64,000 bases of DNA, from NCBI GenBank assembly GCA_964463215.1, contig CAYXBN010000005.1:7187-71186 (forward strand), given 5' to 3'. Shown piece after piece: positions 1 through 10,576 of the stretch (the stretch's first letter is position 1; each line of letters begins with the position of its first letter). The translations under genes were made by a program, and so were the position numbers. Origin of the DNA: an uncultured Mycobacterium sp. (GTDB lineage: Bacteria; Actinomycetota; Actinomycetes; Mycobacteriales; Mycobacteriaceae). Under the pieces are notes generated by a model. The model searched no databases. It was not told where the DNA came from and worked only from the letters and a program-made list of their open reading frames with translations.

Positions 1-397
1 GCCGCACGGCCTCGGCGTAAGTCACGACAGCCGCCGTCAACACCGCACGCCCCTCGTCGGTGACGGCGGCCAGCACCCCGCGACCGTCTTCCGGGCTGGC
101 CTCGCGCCGGACAAGACCGGCTTGTTCTAGACGGCGGATCTGGCGGGTAACCCTGCTGGGCAGCGACACCAATTGCTCAGCGAGATCACCCATCCGGGCC
201 GATCCGGTCTCGGCGCCGCACAGGATGTCCAGCAGACGAACGTCGAGCAGGCTGAGCTTGTGCGCCTCGGAGAGATCGCGGTTCAGCGAGCCGGAGACCC
301 GCAACGCCGCATCCAGAAAGCTCTCCCAGGCCCGCTGCTCGGCAACATCAAGTCCCGGCATAGCGCTGGCCGCCCGCCCCGTCACGGTCCCACCCAT
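1..397 (-). CDS. MarR-family transcriptional regulator (3' end runs off the window)
   Basis: Translated by hand, not in the ORF track: MGGTVTGRAASAMPGLDVAEQRAWESFLDAALRV...ARMGDLAEQLVSLPSRVTRQIRRLEQAGLVRREASPEDGRGVLAAVTDEGRA, a typical MarR winged helix. Start at ATG 397 or 361. Confidence 0.85.
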   Translation of the reverse strand, partial: MGGTVTGRAASAMPGLDVAEQRAWESFLDAALRVSGSLNRDLSEAHKLSLLDVRLLDILCGAETGSARMGDLAEQLVSLPSRVTRQIRRLEQAGLVRREASPEDGRGVLAAVTDEGRAVLTAAVVTYAEAVR

Positions 398-456
398 GTC
401 GACATGTTAGGCGACCGGTCGATGTGATCCGGCGTTTTTTCAGTAGCGTCACCTGA

Positions 457-1437
457 ATGCGCGCAATCGTCATCGACGCCGGCCATCTGCTCTGGCGCGA
501 AGTGCCCGACGCCACGGCGGGCGAGGGCGAAGTGGTGATCGAAGTCCGCGCAGCCGGGGTCAACCGCGCCGACCTGCTTCAGGCTGCCGGCAAGTACCCG
601 CCCCCGCCGGGAGCGAGCGATGTTCCCGGCCTGGAAGTCTCGGGGATGGTTGCCGAAGTCGGTGATGGTCTTTCGACTTTCGCTGTGGGACAACCTGTTT
701 GCGCTCTACTGGCGGGTGGCGGCTACGCCGAGCGGGTCGTGGTTCCGGCCCGCCAGGTTATGTCGGTCCCACAGAGCGTGGCCCTGGAGGACGCGGCGGG
801 ATTGCCTGAGGCGGCGTGCACCGTGTGGTCCAACCTGGTCATGGCGGCGCACCTGCGGGCCGGGGAGTTCGTGCTGGTTCACGGCGGCGCAAGTGGTGTC
901 GGCACCCACGCCATCCAGATCGCCAGAGCGCGGGGCGCCCGGGTAGCGGCGACCGCCGGGTCGGCAGCCAAGTTGCAGTTGTGCCGGGCCCTGGGTGCGG
1001 AGCTTGCGATCTCCTACCGCGACGAGGATTTCGTCGACCGGGTGCAGGCTGCCACCGAGGGGCGGGGCGCCGATCTGATCCTGGACCTGATGGGCGCCTC
1101 CTACCTGGATCGCAACCTCACCGCACTGGCACCCGACGGACGGCTGGTGATCATCGGCATGCAGGGCGGGGTGAAGGCCGAGTTGAACATCGCAGCACTG
1201 ATCGGCAAGCGCCTCACCGTTCTGGGCACCGCACTCCGCGGCCGCCCAGTCGACGGCCCGCACGGCAAGGGTGCGATCGTCGATGCGGTTGTCGAGTCGG
1301 TGTGGCCGATGATCGCCGCGGGCACCGTGCGACCGGTGATCGGTGCGCGCTACCCCGTCGACCAGGCCGGGGAAGCGCACCGCGCCTTGGCGGCCGGTGA
1401 AACGTTCGGGAAGGTCCTGCTGACCGTGGGTACTTAA
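457..1437 (+). CDS. NAD(P)H-quinone oxidoreductase, PIG3/zeta-crystallin family (Rv3777-like)
   Basis: [32 protein letters not shown] nucleotide-binding motif; TAGCGT -10-like box 7 nt before the ATG. Confidence 0.92.
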   Translation: MRAIVIDAGHLLWREVPDATAGEGEVVIEVRAAGVNRADLLQAAGKYPPPPGASDVPGLEVSGMVAEVGDGLSTFAVGQPVCALLAGGGYAERVVVPARQVMSVPQSVALEDAAGLPEAACTVWSNLVMAAHLRAGEFVLVHGGASGVGTHAIQIARARGARVAATAGSAAKLQLCRALGAELAISYRDEDFVDRVQAATEGRGADLILDLMGASYLDRNLTALAPDGRLVIIGMQGGVKAELNIAALIGKRLTVLGTALRGRPVDGPHGKGAIVDAVVESVWPMIAAGTVRPVIGARYPVDQAGEAHRALAAGETFGKVLLTVGT

Positions 1438-2630
1438 CCCAGCGACGCCAAAGTCCGTACCAGATGGTCTATCTCGGCCATCGTGGAGTAGTGCGCCAAA
1501 CCCAGGGTGAGCGCGCCACCGATCTCCTCAACACCGAGCACCTCGAGCACCCGCGAGGTGGGGTTGGCGACCGCCAGAATTCCGTTGTCGGCCAACCGTT
1601 GCGCCACGGTCTCGGCCGGCACCCCGTTCACCGCGATGCTCACCACCGGAAGCCGCACCGCTGGATCGCCGATGACGGTGACCAAGGGCAGTGAGCCCAA
1701 CGCGGTAAGCAGGTAATCGAAGAGCCCATCGAGATATACCTGCGCGGATTCCATTGACTGTGACAGCTTTTCACGCCTGGTTCCGTGCGAATCCTCGTCA
1801 AGGCCGGCCAGGTATTCGACGCCGGACACCACGCCGGCCAGCAGTCCGTACTGGTGCAGGCCCAACTCCAGGCGAGCCGCACCGCTGGCATAGGGGTCCG
1901 CCGACACAGACCCGAATCTGTCGATAAGCCCGGGGTTGCGGAAGACCAGTGCCCCGACCGGAGGGCCGCCCCACGCGGCGGCGTTGACCGCCACCACATC
2001 TGCTTCGACTTCGGTGATGTCCATCAGCCGGTACGGCGCGGCGGCGGTGTGGTCGACCACCACCAGACCGCCATTGTTGTGCACCAGTTTGGCGACGGCA
2101 CCCACGTCGACGACGGTGCCCAGCGTCGATGAGGCCGACGGGATCGCCACCAGTCGGGTGTCAGCGCTCAGCAGGTCGTCCCACTGCCAGAGCGGAAGCT
2201 CACCGGTCTCGATATCGACCTCGGCCCACTTGACCCTGGCCCCGAACCGGTCGGCGGCCCGCAGCCAGGGCGCGATGTTGGCCTCGTCACCAAGACGGCT
2301 GACCACCAATTCACTGCCCAGGCCCGCCCGGGTGGAGGAGGCGTCAGCCAGCAGGGCGAGCAACACCGCCCGGTCGGCACCCAGGACGACGCCGGCGGGG
2401 TCGGCGTTGAGCAGGTCGGCCACCGCGCGGCGGGCCGCGTCGAGCAGGGCAACGCTGCGCTGGGCGGACGGATGCAGGCTCGCGGTGTTAGCCGCGGCGC
2501 CCCGGAAGGCGGTCGAGACGGTGCTGGCGACGGTCTCTGGAACCACCATGCCGGCCTGGGCGTCGAATCGCGTCCAGCCGTCGCCCAAATCCGGATGCAA
2601 CCCCCGCACCCGGGCGACGTCGTAAGCCAC
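1434..2630 (-). CDS. Cysteine desulfurase-like aminotransferase class V (Rv3778c-like)
   Basis: [13 protein letters not shown]...[21 protein letters not shown]; position next to bpa. Confidence 0.9.
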   Translation of the reverse strand: MAYDVARVRGLHPDLGDGWTRFDAQAGMVVPETVASTVSTAFRGAAANTASLHPSAQRSVALLDAARRAVADLLNADPAGVVLGADRAVLLALLADASSTRAGLGSELVVSRLGDEANIAPWLRAADRFGARVKWAEVDIETGELPLWQWDDLLSADTRLVAIPSASSTLGTVVDVGAVAKLVHNNGGLVVVDHTAAAPYRLMDITEVEADVVAVNAAAWGGPPVGALVFRNPGLIDRFGSVSADPYASGAARLELGLHQYGLLAGVVSGVEYLAGLDEDSHGTRREKLSQSMESAQVYLDGLFDYLLTALGSLPLVTVIGDPAVRLPVVSIAVNGVPAETVAQRLADNGILAVANPTSRVLEVLGVEEIGGALTLGLAHYSTMAEIDHLVRTLASLG

Positions 2631-2986
2631 CGCACCACCTTTGAACCATCAATGAACTGCGGCGCCCGGACAAACCCATGGCACCGAGCCTGCCCGGTCC
2701 GAGCCGCGCCACCATACTAGGGCAGCGCCAGACCTGGTCGGGAACACGCGCCGGGCCGGCGTTGCCGCGGTCCCCGGTTGCCCGCGTTTCACGCAGCGCC
2801 GGTGCGTTTGCGGTACCGGGCGGGTGTCCGGCTCGTTAGCTGCCCGGTTGTCCGCCGGCTAGCCACCCCTGACGGACTAGTGTCACTACACAAGTCGTGG
2901 GCCAAGACCGGGTCGCCGGGTGCCGCTCGCACACTTTGCAGAAGGACGGAACGGGAACGCGGGATGGGAACGGGAACGCCACAGGC

Positions 2987-3505
2987 ATGACAGAGAACAC
3001 CAGCGACGACGACAACATCGAAGTCATCACCGGCCGGCAGTCCGAGGCCGAGGACAGCGACGACCAGCGCTCCATCACCGACCTCGTCGAGCAGCCTGCC
3101 AAGGTGATGCGGATCGGCACGATGATCAAGCAACTGCTCGAAGAGGTGAAGGCCGCGCCGCTGGATGACGCCAGTCGCACCCGGCTACGCGAGGTTCACG
3201 CCACCAGCATCCGTGAACTCGAGGATGGCCTCGCCCCGGAACTGCGGGAGGAACTGAACCGGCTGGCGCTGCCGTTCTCGGAGGATTCGGTGCCCACCGA
3301 CGCCGAACTGCGGATCGCCCAGGCCCAATTGGTCGGCTGGCTGGAGGGTTTGTTCCACGGTATCCAGACAGCGCTCTTCGCCCAGCAGATGGCGGCGCGG
3401 GCGCAGTTGGAGCACATGCGGCAGGGCGCGCTGCCGCCCGGCATGGCACCTCCGGGAACAAATTCTGGGGGGAACGCAGGACACGGTACCGGGCAGTATC
3501 TCTAA
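2987..3505 (+). CDS. bpa: Bacterial proteasome activator Bpa/PafE (Rv3780)
   Basis: VEQPAKVMRIGTMIKQLLEEV, LVGWLEGLFHGIQ and C-terminal GQYL motif; start placed at ATG 2987. Confidence 0.95.
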   Translation: MTENTSDDDNIEVITGRQSEAEDSDDQRSITDLVEQPAKVMRIGTMIKQLLEEVKAAPLDDASRTRLREVHATSIRELEDGLAPELREELNRLALPFSEDSVPTDAELRIAQAQLVGWLEGLFHGIQTALFAQQMAARAQLEHMRQGALPPGMAPPGTNSGGNAGHGTGQYL

Positions 3506-3511
3506 CTTCCC

Positions 3512-4327
3512 ATGTCCCCCGAGCCCTACATCGAGACCCGCGAGGCCTGGGTCGAGTTCCCGATCTTCGACGCCAAAGCGCGGTCCTTCAAGAAGGCGTT
3601 CCTCGGCAAGGCCGGCGGCACGATCGGACGCAACAGCGACAACGTCGTGGTCATCGAGGCCCTCCGCGACATCACCATGACGTTGAAGATGGGCGACCGG
3701 GTCGGCCTCGTCGGACACAACGGTGCCGGCAAGTCGACGATGCTGCGGCTGCTGTCGGGCATTTACGAGCCGACCAGGGGCACCACCTCCATTCGGGGTC
3801 GGGTCGCCCCGGTGTTCGATCTCGGCGTCGGAATGGACCCGGATACAACCGGTTACGAGAACATCATCATCCGCGGACTGTTCCTCGGGCAGACCCGTAA
3901 GCAGATGCAGGCCAAGGTCGACGAGATCGCCGAATTCACCGAACTGGGCGACTACCTGTCGATGCCGTTGCGCACCTACTCCACCGGCATGCGGGTGCGT
4001 CTGGCGATGGGCGTCGTGACCAGCATCGACCCGGAGATCCTGCTACTCGACGAGGGCATCGGCGCGGTGGACGCGGAGTTCCTCAAGAAGGCCCAGCACC
4101 GCTTGCAGGCCCTAGTGGAGCGCTCCGGAATCCTGGTCTTCGCCAGCCACTCCAACGAATTCCTGGCCCGGTTGTGCAAGACCGCGATGTGGATCGACCA
4201 CGGCGCCATCCGCTTGGCCGGCGGCATCGAGGAGGTGGTGCGCGCCTACGAGGGTGAGGACGCCGCCCGCCACGTCCGCGACGTGCTCGCCGAGCGCAGC
4301 CAGGAAGGCTGGGCCGCGCAGCAATGA
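3512..4327 (+). CDS. wzt: Galactan export ABC transporter ATP-binding subunit (Rv3781)
   Basis: GHNGAGKS Walker A, YSTGMRVRL signature, LLLDE Walker B; synteny. Confidence 0.93.
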   Translation: MSPEPYIETREAWVEFPIFDAKARSFKKAFLGKAGGTIGRNSDNVVVIEALRDITMTLKMGDRVGLVGHNGAGKSTMLRLLSGIYEPTRGTTSIRGRVAPVFDLGVGMDPDTTGYENIIIRGLFLGQTRKQMQAKVDEIAEFTELGDYLSMPLRTYSTGMRVRLAMGVVTSIDPEILLLDEGIGAVDAEFLKKAQHRLQALVERSGILVFASHSNEFLARLCKTAMWIDHGAIRLAGGIEEVVRAYEGEDAARHVRDVLAERSQEGWAAQQ

Positions 4328-5271
4328 CGAATCCGACGATGGTGTGTGCGGTCGTCGTCACCCACCGCCGGCCCGACGAACTGGTGACGTCGCTGAAGGT
4401 GGTGACCAGCCAGACCCGAATGATCGACCACCTCATCGTCGTCGACAACGACTTCGGGAACACCCCGGGCGACACCCGGGTTCGGGATCTGGTCGACGCC
4501 CAACCGGTGCCCAGCACCTACCTTGGTTCGCGCCGGAACCTAGGCGGGGCAGGCGGATTCGCACTCGGCATGCTGCACGCGCTGGCCCTGGGTGCGGAGT
4601 GGGTGTGGCTGGCCGACGACGACGGGCGGCCCCGCGACGCCGACGTGCTGGCCACCCTGCTGGCCTGCGCTGAGAGGCACGGCCTGGCCGCGGTATCCCC
4701 GACGGTGTGCGCACTGGACCGACCCGAAGAGTTGGCCTTCCCGTTGCGCCGCGGTCTGGTATGGCGCCGGCGAGTCGACGAACTTCGCACCAAGGACGCC
4801 CCCGACAGCGACCTGCTACTTGGGATCGCGTCACTGTTCAACGGGGCGCTGTTCCGGTCGGAAACCATTGAGGCGGTAGGCGTTCCGGATATCCGGCTGT
4901 TCGTGCGGGGGGATGAGGTGGACATGCACCGCCGACTGGTGCGCAGCGGCCTGCCGTTCGGCACCTGCCTGGACACCGTCTACCTGCACCCCTACGGTAG
5001 TGACGAGTTCAAACCGATCCTGGGTGGACGGATGCATACCCAGTACCCGGATGACCCGGTGAAGCGTTTCTACACCTATCGCAACCGGGGCTACGTGCTG
5101 TCCCAGCCCGGACTGCGCCGACTGCTACCCCAGGAGTGGGTGCGTTTCGGATGGTACTTCCTGGTGACCCGTCGCGACCCGGCGGGACTGCGGGAGTGGA
5201 TCCGGTTGCGGCGCATGGGCCGACGAGAGAGATTCAACCGACCCGGGCGATTGACGGGAGACTCGTCGTGA
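4324..5271 (+). CDS. glfT1: Galactofuranosyltransferase GlfT1 (Rv3782)
   Basis: GT2 fold: NLGGAGGFALG, WLADDDG, RGDEVDMHRRL; ATGA overlap with wzt. Confidence 0.93.
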   Translation: MTNPTMVCAVVVTHRRPDELVTSLKVVTSQTRMIDHLIVVDNDFGNTPGDTRVRDLVDAQPVPSTYLGSRRNLGGAGGFALGMLHALALGAEWVWLADDDGRPRDADVLATLLACAERHGLAAVSPTVCALDRPEELAFPLRRGLVWRRRVDELRTKDAPDSDLLLGIASLFNGALFRSETIEAVGVPDIRLFVRGDEVDMHRRLVRSGLPFGTCLDTVYLHPYGSDEFKPILGGRMHTQYPDDPVKRFYTYRNRGYVLSQPGLRRLLPQEWVRFGWYFLVTRRDPAGLREWIRLRRMGRRERFNRPGRLTGDSS

Positions 5272-6098
5272 CGATCACCGAGGCCGCCAACCAGTCCAAG
5301 ACCTTCAGCCGAGCCTGGGACGACCTGATCGACGGGTTCTCCAAACGGGAACTGTGGCTGTTCCTGGGCTGGCAGGACATCAAGCAGAAGTACCGGCGGT
5401 CAGTGCTGGGTCCGTTCTGGATCACCATTGCCACCGGAACCACCGCGCTGGCAATGGGATTGCTGTATTCCAAATTGTTCAACCTGGAGGTCTCCGAGCA
5501 CCTGCCGTACGTGACGGTGGGGCTGATCATCTGGAACATGCTCAACGCCGCCATCCTGGACGGCTCGGAGGTGTTCATCGCCAATGAGGGCCTGATCAAA
5601 CAACTTCCGACCCCGCTGAGCGTGCACGTCTACCGACTGGTGTGGCGGCAGATGATCCTGTTCGCCCACAACATCCTCATCTTCGTGATCATCGCGATCA
5701 TCTACCCCAAAGACTGGTCGTGGGCGGATCTTTCCGCGATACCGGCACTGGTGCTGATCATGCTGAACTGTGTGTGGGTGGCGTTCTGCTTCGGGATCCT
5801 GGCGACCCGCTACCGCGACATCGCCCCGCTGCTGACCTCCCTGGTGCAACTGCTGTTCTTCGTCACCCCGATCATCTGGAACGCCGACATGCTGGAACGG
5901 CAGGGCGCGGGCGCGTGGTGGCGCATCATCGAACTCAACCCACTGCTGCACTATCTGGACATCCTGCGCGCCCCCCTGCTGGGAGCACCGCAGGAGCCAC
6001 GGCACTGGTTCATCGTGATCGGCCTGACGATCGCCGGCTGGTGCGTGGCGGCGTTGGCGTTGCGGCAGTACCGCGCGCGGGTGCCGTACTGGGTGTAG
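5268..6098 (+). CDS. wzm: Galactan export ABC transporter permease (Rv3783)
   Basis: WQDIKQKYRRSVLGPFWITI, FFVTPIIW, C-terminal RVPYWV; GTG 5268 overlaps the glfT1 stop. Confidence 0.93.
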   Translation: MTITEAANQSKTFSRAWDDLIDGFSKRELWLFLGWQDIKQKYRRSVLGPFWITIATGTTALAMGLLYSKLFNLEVSEHLPYVTVGLIIWNMLNAAILDGSEVFIANEGLIKQLPTPLSVHVYRLVWRQMILFAHNILIFVIIAIIYPKDWSWADLSAIPALVLIMLNCVWVAFCFGILATRYRDIAPLLTSLVQLLFFVTPIIWNADMLERQGAGAWWRIIELNPLLHYLDILRAPLLGAPQEPRHWFIVIGLTIAGWCVAALALRQYRARVPYWV

Positions 6099-6284
6099 CG
6101 GCAACTACGCAGGGCCTCCACCTAGGCCTTCCACCAGGACCCGGGGGTTTTCTTTTGCGCGAAGCGTTGTTGGCCAGAGCGGCCGGAGCCAAGTTACTGC
6201 GCAACGACAAGGTCCGCGCTCACACCGCGGTGGTGGCGGCCGCGGTGGCCTACCCCACGGTCACATCGAACCGCGGGCCCACGA

Positions 6285-6581
6285 CTACGTCACCGCGTCG
6301 TCGGAACTACTTACATCAAGCGCCCGGATGAGAAGATCCTTGATCTCGGCTTGGCCCTCTTCGAGAGAGCGGACACGAGCGTTGGTGTCCCCGATAGTGC
6401 TCGTGACCCCGGCGACATCATCCGTGAGTGCGCCCACATCGGACTTGAGGTGCCGTTGCCCCTCCGCGAGTTCTCGCTGGTTGGCTCCGAGCGCATTAAC
6501 GGCCGCCAGCACGGCTCGATAGTCGGCCTGGCTGGCCTCCAAGGCGGCAACTCGTGCCTCAAGGTCTTCCAGAGTCGTCAC
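6285..6581 (-). CDS. Small coiled-coil hypothetical protein (98 aa)
   Basis: Heptad pattern LEDLEARVAALEASQADYRAVLAAVNAL; TAGACT (TANNNT) 6 nt upstream of the GTG, as in leaderless genes. Confidence 0.7.
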   Translation of the reverse strand: MTTLEDLEARVAALEASQADYRAVLAAVNALGANQRELAEGQRHLKSDVGALTDDVAGVTSTIGDTNARVRSLEEGQAEIKDLLIRALDVSSSDDAVT

Positions 6582-6708
6582 GGGTGCAGTCTATCCACCC
6601 GCGCGGGTCTGGGTAGTCGCGTATTTGGGCGGCTGGCGTTCAACACCCACGAGCGGGCTACCTCACCAGACGCGAACGCCCGGGTCGACCCATTGCGCGA
6701 CAAGCGTT

Positions 6709-7137
6709 CTAGCCCGGGACGTGTCCGTGATCCGGGGCGTCGCCGAACCGGAACCGCCGGGCGCTGATCTCCATCGGGGTCACCCGGACGTACCGCAACT
6801 TCTCAGTGGGCACCCAGGGAATGAGCCCGGCCTGATCGGCCCGATGGATGTCCTCGGCACTGCTGAGCATCGCGGCGGTACCGCGGACGATCACGCTCCA
6901 CCCCTCGACGGCGGTATGGTCGTCGGCTTCGAAGAGCACCCTCTCATTCATCACGGTGGTGAACAGTTTGGTGCCCTCCGCGGTCCGGAACAGCACGGAC
7001 TCGTCCTGCACGACGAAGTTGACCGGGAAGATCTCCAACTGTCCGCCGAAGGAGGTCACCAGTCGGCCCAGCGGAACACTGGACAGCAGACTCCACGCCG
7101 TAGCGTCATCAAGCACGGTCACCGGATCATTGGCCAT
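6709..7137 (-). CDS. Pyridoxamine 5'-phosphate oxidase-like flavin-binding protein (split beta-barrel)
   Basis: LLSSVPLGRL...EIFPVNFVV...LFRTAEGTKL...FEADD...GWSVIVRG; start placed at ATG 7137. Confidence 0.88.
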   Translation of the reverse strand: MANDPVTVLDDATAWSLLSSVPLGRLVTSFGGQLEIFPVNFVVQDESVLFRTAEGTKLFTTVMNERVLFEADDHTAVEGWSVIVRGTAAMLSSAEDIHRADQAGLIPWVPTEKLRYVRVTPMEISARRFRFGDAPDHGHVPG

Positions 7138-7217
7138 GGGCCACATCGTGTCCGGACGACGGCCACGGCGCAAGTGCCGAACGGCCCTTCGCCGCCGGGC
7201 GTCGAGGTCACGGCTTC

Positions 7218-7832
7218 CTACCCTCCAAGCATGTTCTCCCGCGCGGCGGCTTCCCAGCGCGCTCGACCCTCTTCGGTGCGGAACAGCCCAGGGCTCTCCA
7301 GCAGGGCGACGAGCACCTGCAGGCGCCCCCTGGCGAACACGTCGTCGGGAATGTGCGCGTACTCCGCGCGGATGGCCGCGGTGTTGCGCCGGTAGTCCTC
7401 GGCGGGCAGGGCCAGCGTCGACAGATCAGCGTCGGAGAGCACCTCGGCGTTGCGGTCGCCCGGCGCCGGGTCGTGGGTGACGGTCATCCGAACCAGCCGG
7501 GCCACCTCCTCGACCATCGCCGGCGCCAGCCCGAGAGCAGCCAACTCGTGTTCGGCGCGGCGGGCGCTGCGTTCCTCGTCGTCGGGCCGGCCGTCGTAGA
7601 CCGCGTCGTGGTACCAGGCAGCCAACCGGACCGCGTCGGGGTCCTCGGCGTAGGTGGCGAGCGCGTCGACTTTGTCCAGGACGTCGCGCAGGTGCGCCGT
7701 CGAGTGATAGGTGCGGTGCGGCTCGGCCCAGGCTTGGAGCAGCCGTTGCCCGACGCCGGGTGCGTCGGGGTCTGCGGTGTGCCGGCTGATCAGTTCCGTC
7801 CATGCCGTCAACAAGTCCCGCACGACCACCAT
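7218..7832 (-). CDS. HD-superfamily metal-dependent phosphohydrolase
   Basis: [39 protein letters not shown]. Confidence 0.88.
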   Translation of the reverse strand: MVVVRDLLTAWTELISRHTADPDAPGVGQRLLQAWAEPHRTYHSTAHLRDVLDKVDALATYAEDPDAVRLAAWYHDAVYDGRPDDEERSARRAEHELAALGLAPAMVEEVARLVRMTVTHDPAPGDRNAEVLSDADLSTLALPAEDYRRNTAAIRAEYAHIPDDVFARGRLQVLVALLESPGLFRTEEGRARWEAAARENMLGG

Positions 7833-7864
7833 CCTGCCGGGTCGCGGGCCGTAAGCTTCCCGCG

Positions 7865-8284
7865 ATGGCCGAGATCGCCCACCCCGCCCACCTGAGCCTG
7901 CGGACTCAGCTGACCCGGTTCGTGCTCACCGGCGGCTTCTCGGCGGTCGTGGATTTCGGCCTGTACTTCCTGCTCTACAAAGGTGTCGGGCTGCAGGTGG
8001 ACCTGGCCAAGGCGATCGGGTTCATAGCGGGCACCCTGACGGCCTATCTGATCAACCGGCGTTGGACTTTCGGCGCCCCGCCGAGCAGGTCGCGGTTCGC
8101 CAAGGTCATGGTGCTCTACGCGTTGACGTTCGCGGTGCAGGTCGGACTGAATCATCTGTGCCTGAGATTCCTGGACTATCAGGACTGGGCGGTGCCGGTC
8201 GCGTTCGTGGTGGCGCAGGGCACGGCGACGGTGATCAACTTCGTCGTCCAGCGGGCGTGGATCTTCCGGCGGGCGGGAGCGTAG
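7865..8284 (+). CDS. GtrA-family membrane protein (Rv3789, linked to DPA flipping/AftA)
   Basis: Four hydrophobic segments, RFVLTGG..VDFG, INRRWTF, INFVVQR; TAAGCT -10-like box 7 nt before ATG 7865; upstream of dprE1. Confidence 0.92.
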   Translation: MAEIAHPAHLSLRTQLTRFVLTGGFSAVVDFGLYFLLYKGVGLQVDLAKAIGFIAGTLTAYLINRRWTFGAPPSRSRFAKVMVLYALTFAVQVGLNHLCLRFLDYQDWAVPVAFVVAQGTATVINFVVQRAWIFRRAGA

Positions 8285-8369
8285 CGACCCGGGGAAAAAT
8301 TCCCGGCGGGCGGGAGCGTAGCGACCCGGGGAAAAATTCCCGGCGGGCGGGAGCGTAGCGACCCGGGGA
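8266..8369. repeat. Tandem repeat, 37-bp unit, about 2.8 copies (CCGGCGGGCGGGAGCGTAGCGACCCGGGGAAAAATTC)
   Basis: Identical copies at 8266-8302 and 8303-8339, partial copy at 8340-8369; no spacers. Confidence 0.95.
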
Positions 8370-8408
8370 GTAGATCCGCAGACCCCCTAAGCCGGTACCC
8401 TCGTCACG

Positions 8409-9794
8409 ATGTCCGCAACGATCACCCAGCAGCGGCTGACCGGCTGGGGACGCACCGCCCCGAGCGTGGCCGAGGTCCTGACGACCCCCGACCCTGCGGA
8501 GATCATCGCCGCCGTCGTCCGGGCCGCCGATCAAGCCGCCGACGGTCGCCACCGTGGCGTGCTGGCCCGCGGACTGGGCCGCTCCTACGGCGACAACGCC
8601 CAGAACGGCGGCGGACTGGTCATCGACATGACCGCCGTGAACCGCATCCACTCGATCGACGCCGCCACCCGGATCGTCGATGTCGACGGTGGGGTGAGCC
8701 TGGACCAGTTGATGAAGGCCGCGCTGCCGTGCGGGCTGTGGGTGCCGGTGCTGCCGGGCACCCGGCAGGTCACCATCGGCGGTGCGATCGGCTGCGACAT
8801 CCACGGCAAGAACCATCACAGCGCTGGCAGTTTCGGCAATCACGTCCGCTCGATGGACCTACTGACAGCCGACGGGTACGTACGAACCGTGACCCCGGAT
8901 GGACCGGATGCAGACCTCTTCTGGGCGACCGTCGGGGGGAACGGGCTGACCGGAATTATCCTGCGTGCCACCATCGAGATGACCCCGACTGAGACGGCCT
9001 ACTTCATCGCCGACGGTGACGTCACCGCAAGCCTGGATGAGACCATCGCCTTCCACAGCGACGGCAGCGAAGCCAACTACACCTACTCCAGCGCCTGGTT
9101 CGACGCCATCAGCCCGCCGCCCAAGCTGGGCCGCGCGGCGATCTCCCGCGGATCACTGGCACGGCTGGACCAACTGCCCGACAAGCTGCAGCGCAATCCG
9201 CTGAAATTCGATGCGCCGCAACTGCTTACCTTTCCCGACATCTTCCCCAACGGGCTGGCCAACAAGTACACCTTCGGCCCAATCGGCGAACTGTGGTATC
9301 GCAAATCCGGCACCTACCGCAACAAAGTGCAGAACCTGACGCAGTTCTATCACCCGTTGGACATGTTCGGGGAGTGGAACCGCGCCTACGGACCGGCCGG
9401 CTTCCTGCAGTACCAGTTCGTCGTCCCGATCGAGGCGGTCGAGGAGTTCAAGGCGATCATAGTCGACATCCAGGCCTCCGGCCACTACTCGTTCCTCAAC
9501 GTGTTCAAGCTCTTCGGACCGGGAAACCAAGCGCCACTGAGCTTTCCGATCCCGGGATGGAACGTCTGCGTTGACTTCCCCATCAAGGCCGGCCTGAGCG
9601 AGTTCGTCTCCGACCTTGACCGTCGGGTGCTGAAATTCGGTGGCCGGTTGTACACCGCCAAGGATTCCCGCACCACCGCGGAGACCTTTCACGCCATGTA
9701 CCCGCGCATCGACGAGTGGATCGCGTTGCGCCGCAAGGTGGATCCGCACGGTGTCTTCGCCTCGGACATGGCCCGACGTTTGGAGTTGGTGTAG
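8409..9794 (+). CDS. dprE1: Decaprenylphosphoryl-beta-D-ribose oxidase DprE1
   Basis: [32 protein letters not shown] (benzothiazinone-reactive Cys present), GRLYTAKDS; TACCCT -10-like box 7 nt before the ATG. Confidence 0.97.
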   Translation: MSATITQQRLTGWGRTAPSVAEVLTTPDPAEIIAAVVRAADQAADGRHRGVLARGLGRSYGDNAQNGGGLVIDMTAVNRIHSIDAATRIVDVDGGVSLDQLMKAALPCGLWVPVLPGTRQVTIGGAIGCDIHGKNHHSAGSFGNHVRSMDLLTADGYVRTVTPDGPDADLFWATVGGNGLTGIILRATIEMTPTETAYFIADGDVTASLDETIAFHSDGSEANYTYSSAWFDAISPPPKLGRAAISRGSLARLDQLPDKLQRNPLKFDAPQLLTFPDIFPNGLANKYTFGPIGELWYRKSGTYRNKVQNLTQFYHPLDMFGEWNRAYGPAGFLQYQFVVPIEAVEEFKAIIVDIQASGHYSFLNVFKLFGPGNQAPLSFPIPGWNVCVDFPIKAGLSEFVSDLDRRVLKFGGRLYTAKDSRTTAETFHAMYPRIDEWIALRRKVDPHGVFASDMARRLELV

Positions 9795-9805
9795 ATGGTG
9801 CACTC

Positions 9806-10570
9806 ATGGTGATCGACGCGGTGGGGAACCCCCAGACGATCCTGCTGCTCGGCGGAACCTCGGAGATCGGGTTGGCGATCTGCGAACGGTATCTGCGTGA
9901 CGCCCCGGCGCGGATCATCCTGGCCGCCCTGCCCGACGATCCCGGTCGGGAGGCCGCCGTCGCGCAGATGACCAAGGCCGGGGCGAAGTCGGTGAGCGTG
10001 GTGGACTTCGACGCCGTGGACACCGACAGCCACCCGGCGGTGATCGACGAATGCTTTTCCGGGAGCGACGTCGACGTGGCGATCGTGGCGTTCGGCCTGC
10101 TCGGGGACGCCGAGGAATTGTGGCAGAACCAGCGCAAGGCCGTGCAGATCGCCGAGATCAACTACACCGCAGCGGTTTCGGTGGGGGTGCTGCTCGGGGA
10201 GAAGATGCGCGAGCAGGGTTTCGGGCGGATTATCGCGATGAGTTCGGCCGCCGGTGAGCGGGTTCGCCGGTCCAACTTCGTCTACGGCTCCACCAAGGCC
10301 GGCCTCGACGGCTTCTACCTCGGCCTGGGCGAGGCACTCAAGCCCTTCGGGGTGAACGTCCTGGTGATCCGGCCCGGGCAGGTGCGAACCCGGATGAGCG
10401 CGCACGTCAAAGAGGCTCCGCTGACCGTCGACAAAGAGTACGTAGCCGACCTGGCTGTCACCGCCTCAGCGAAGGGCAAGGAATTGGTCTGGGCGCCGGG
10501 GGCTTTCCGGTACGTGATGATGGTGCTCCGGCACATCCCGCGGCCCGTCTTCCGCAAGCTGCCGATCTAG
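9806..10570 (+). CDS. dprE2: Decaprenylphosphoryl-2-keto-ribose reductase DprE2
   Basis: [32 protein letters not shown] motif, C-terminal RKLPI. Confidence 0.96.
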   Translation: MVIDAVGNPQTILLLGGTSEIGLAICERYLRDAPARIILAALPDDPGREAAVAQMTKAGAKSVSVVDFDAVDTDSHPAVIDECFSGSDVDVAIVAFGLLGDAEELWQNQRKAVQIAEINYTAAVSVGVLLGEKMREQGFGRIIAMSSAAGERVRRSNFVYGSTKAGLDGFYLGLGEALKPFGVNVLVIRPGQVRTRMSAHVKEAPLTVDKEYVADLAVTASAKGKELVWAPGAFRYVMMVLRHIPRPVFRKLPI

Positions 10571-10576
10571 CCGACC

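Noticed and set aside
2948-2979. GGAACGGGAACGC direct repeat upstream of bpa
   Set aside because: Short purine-rich duplication near the RBS with no further structure.
6223-6247. CACCGCGG/CCGCGGTG hairpin as terminator between wzm and the coiled-coil gene
   Set aside because: An 8-bp all-GC stem without a U-tract is easily found by chance at this GC content.
8266-8369. 37-bp repeats as a CRISPR array
   Set aside because: The copies are directly adjacent with no unique spacers, and there are no cas genes; this is a VNTR.
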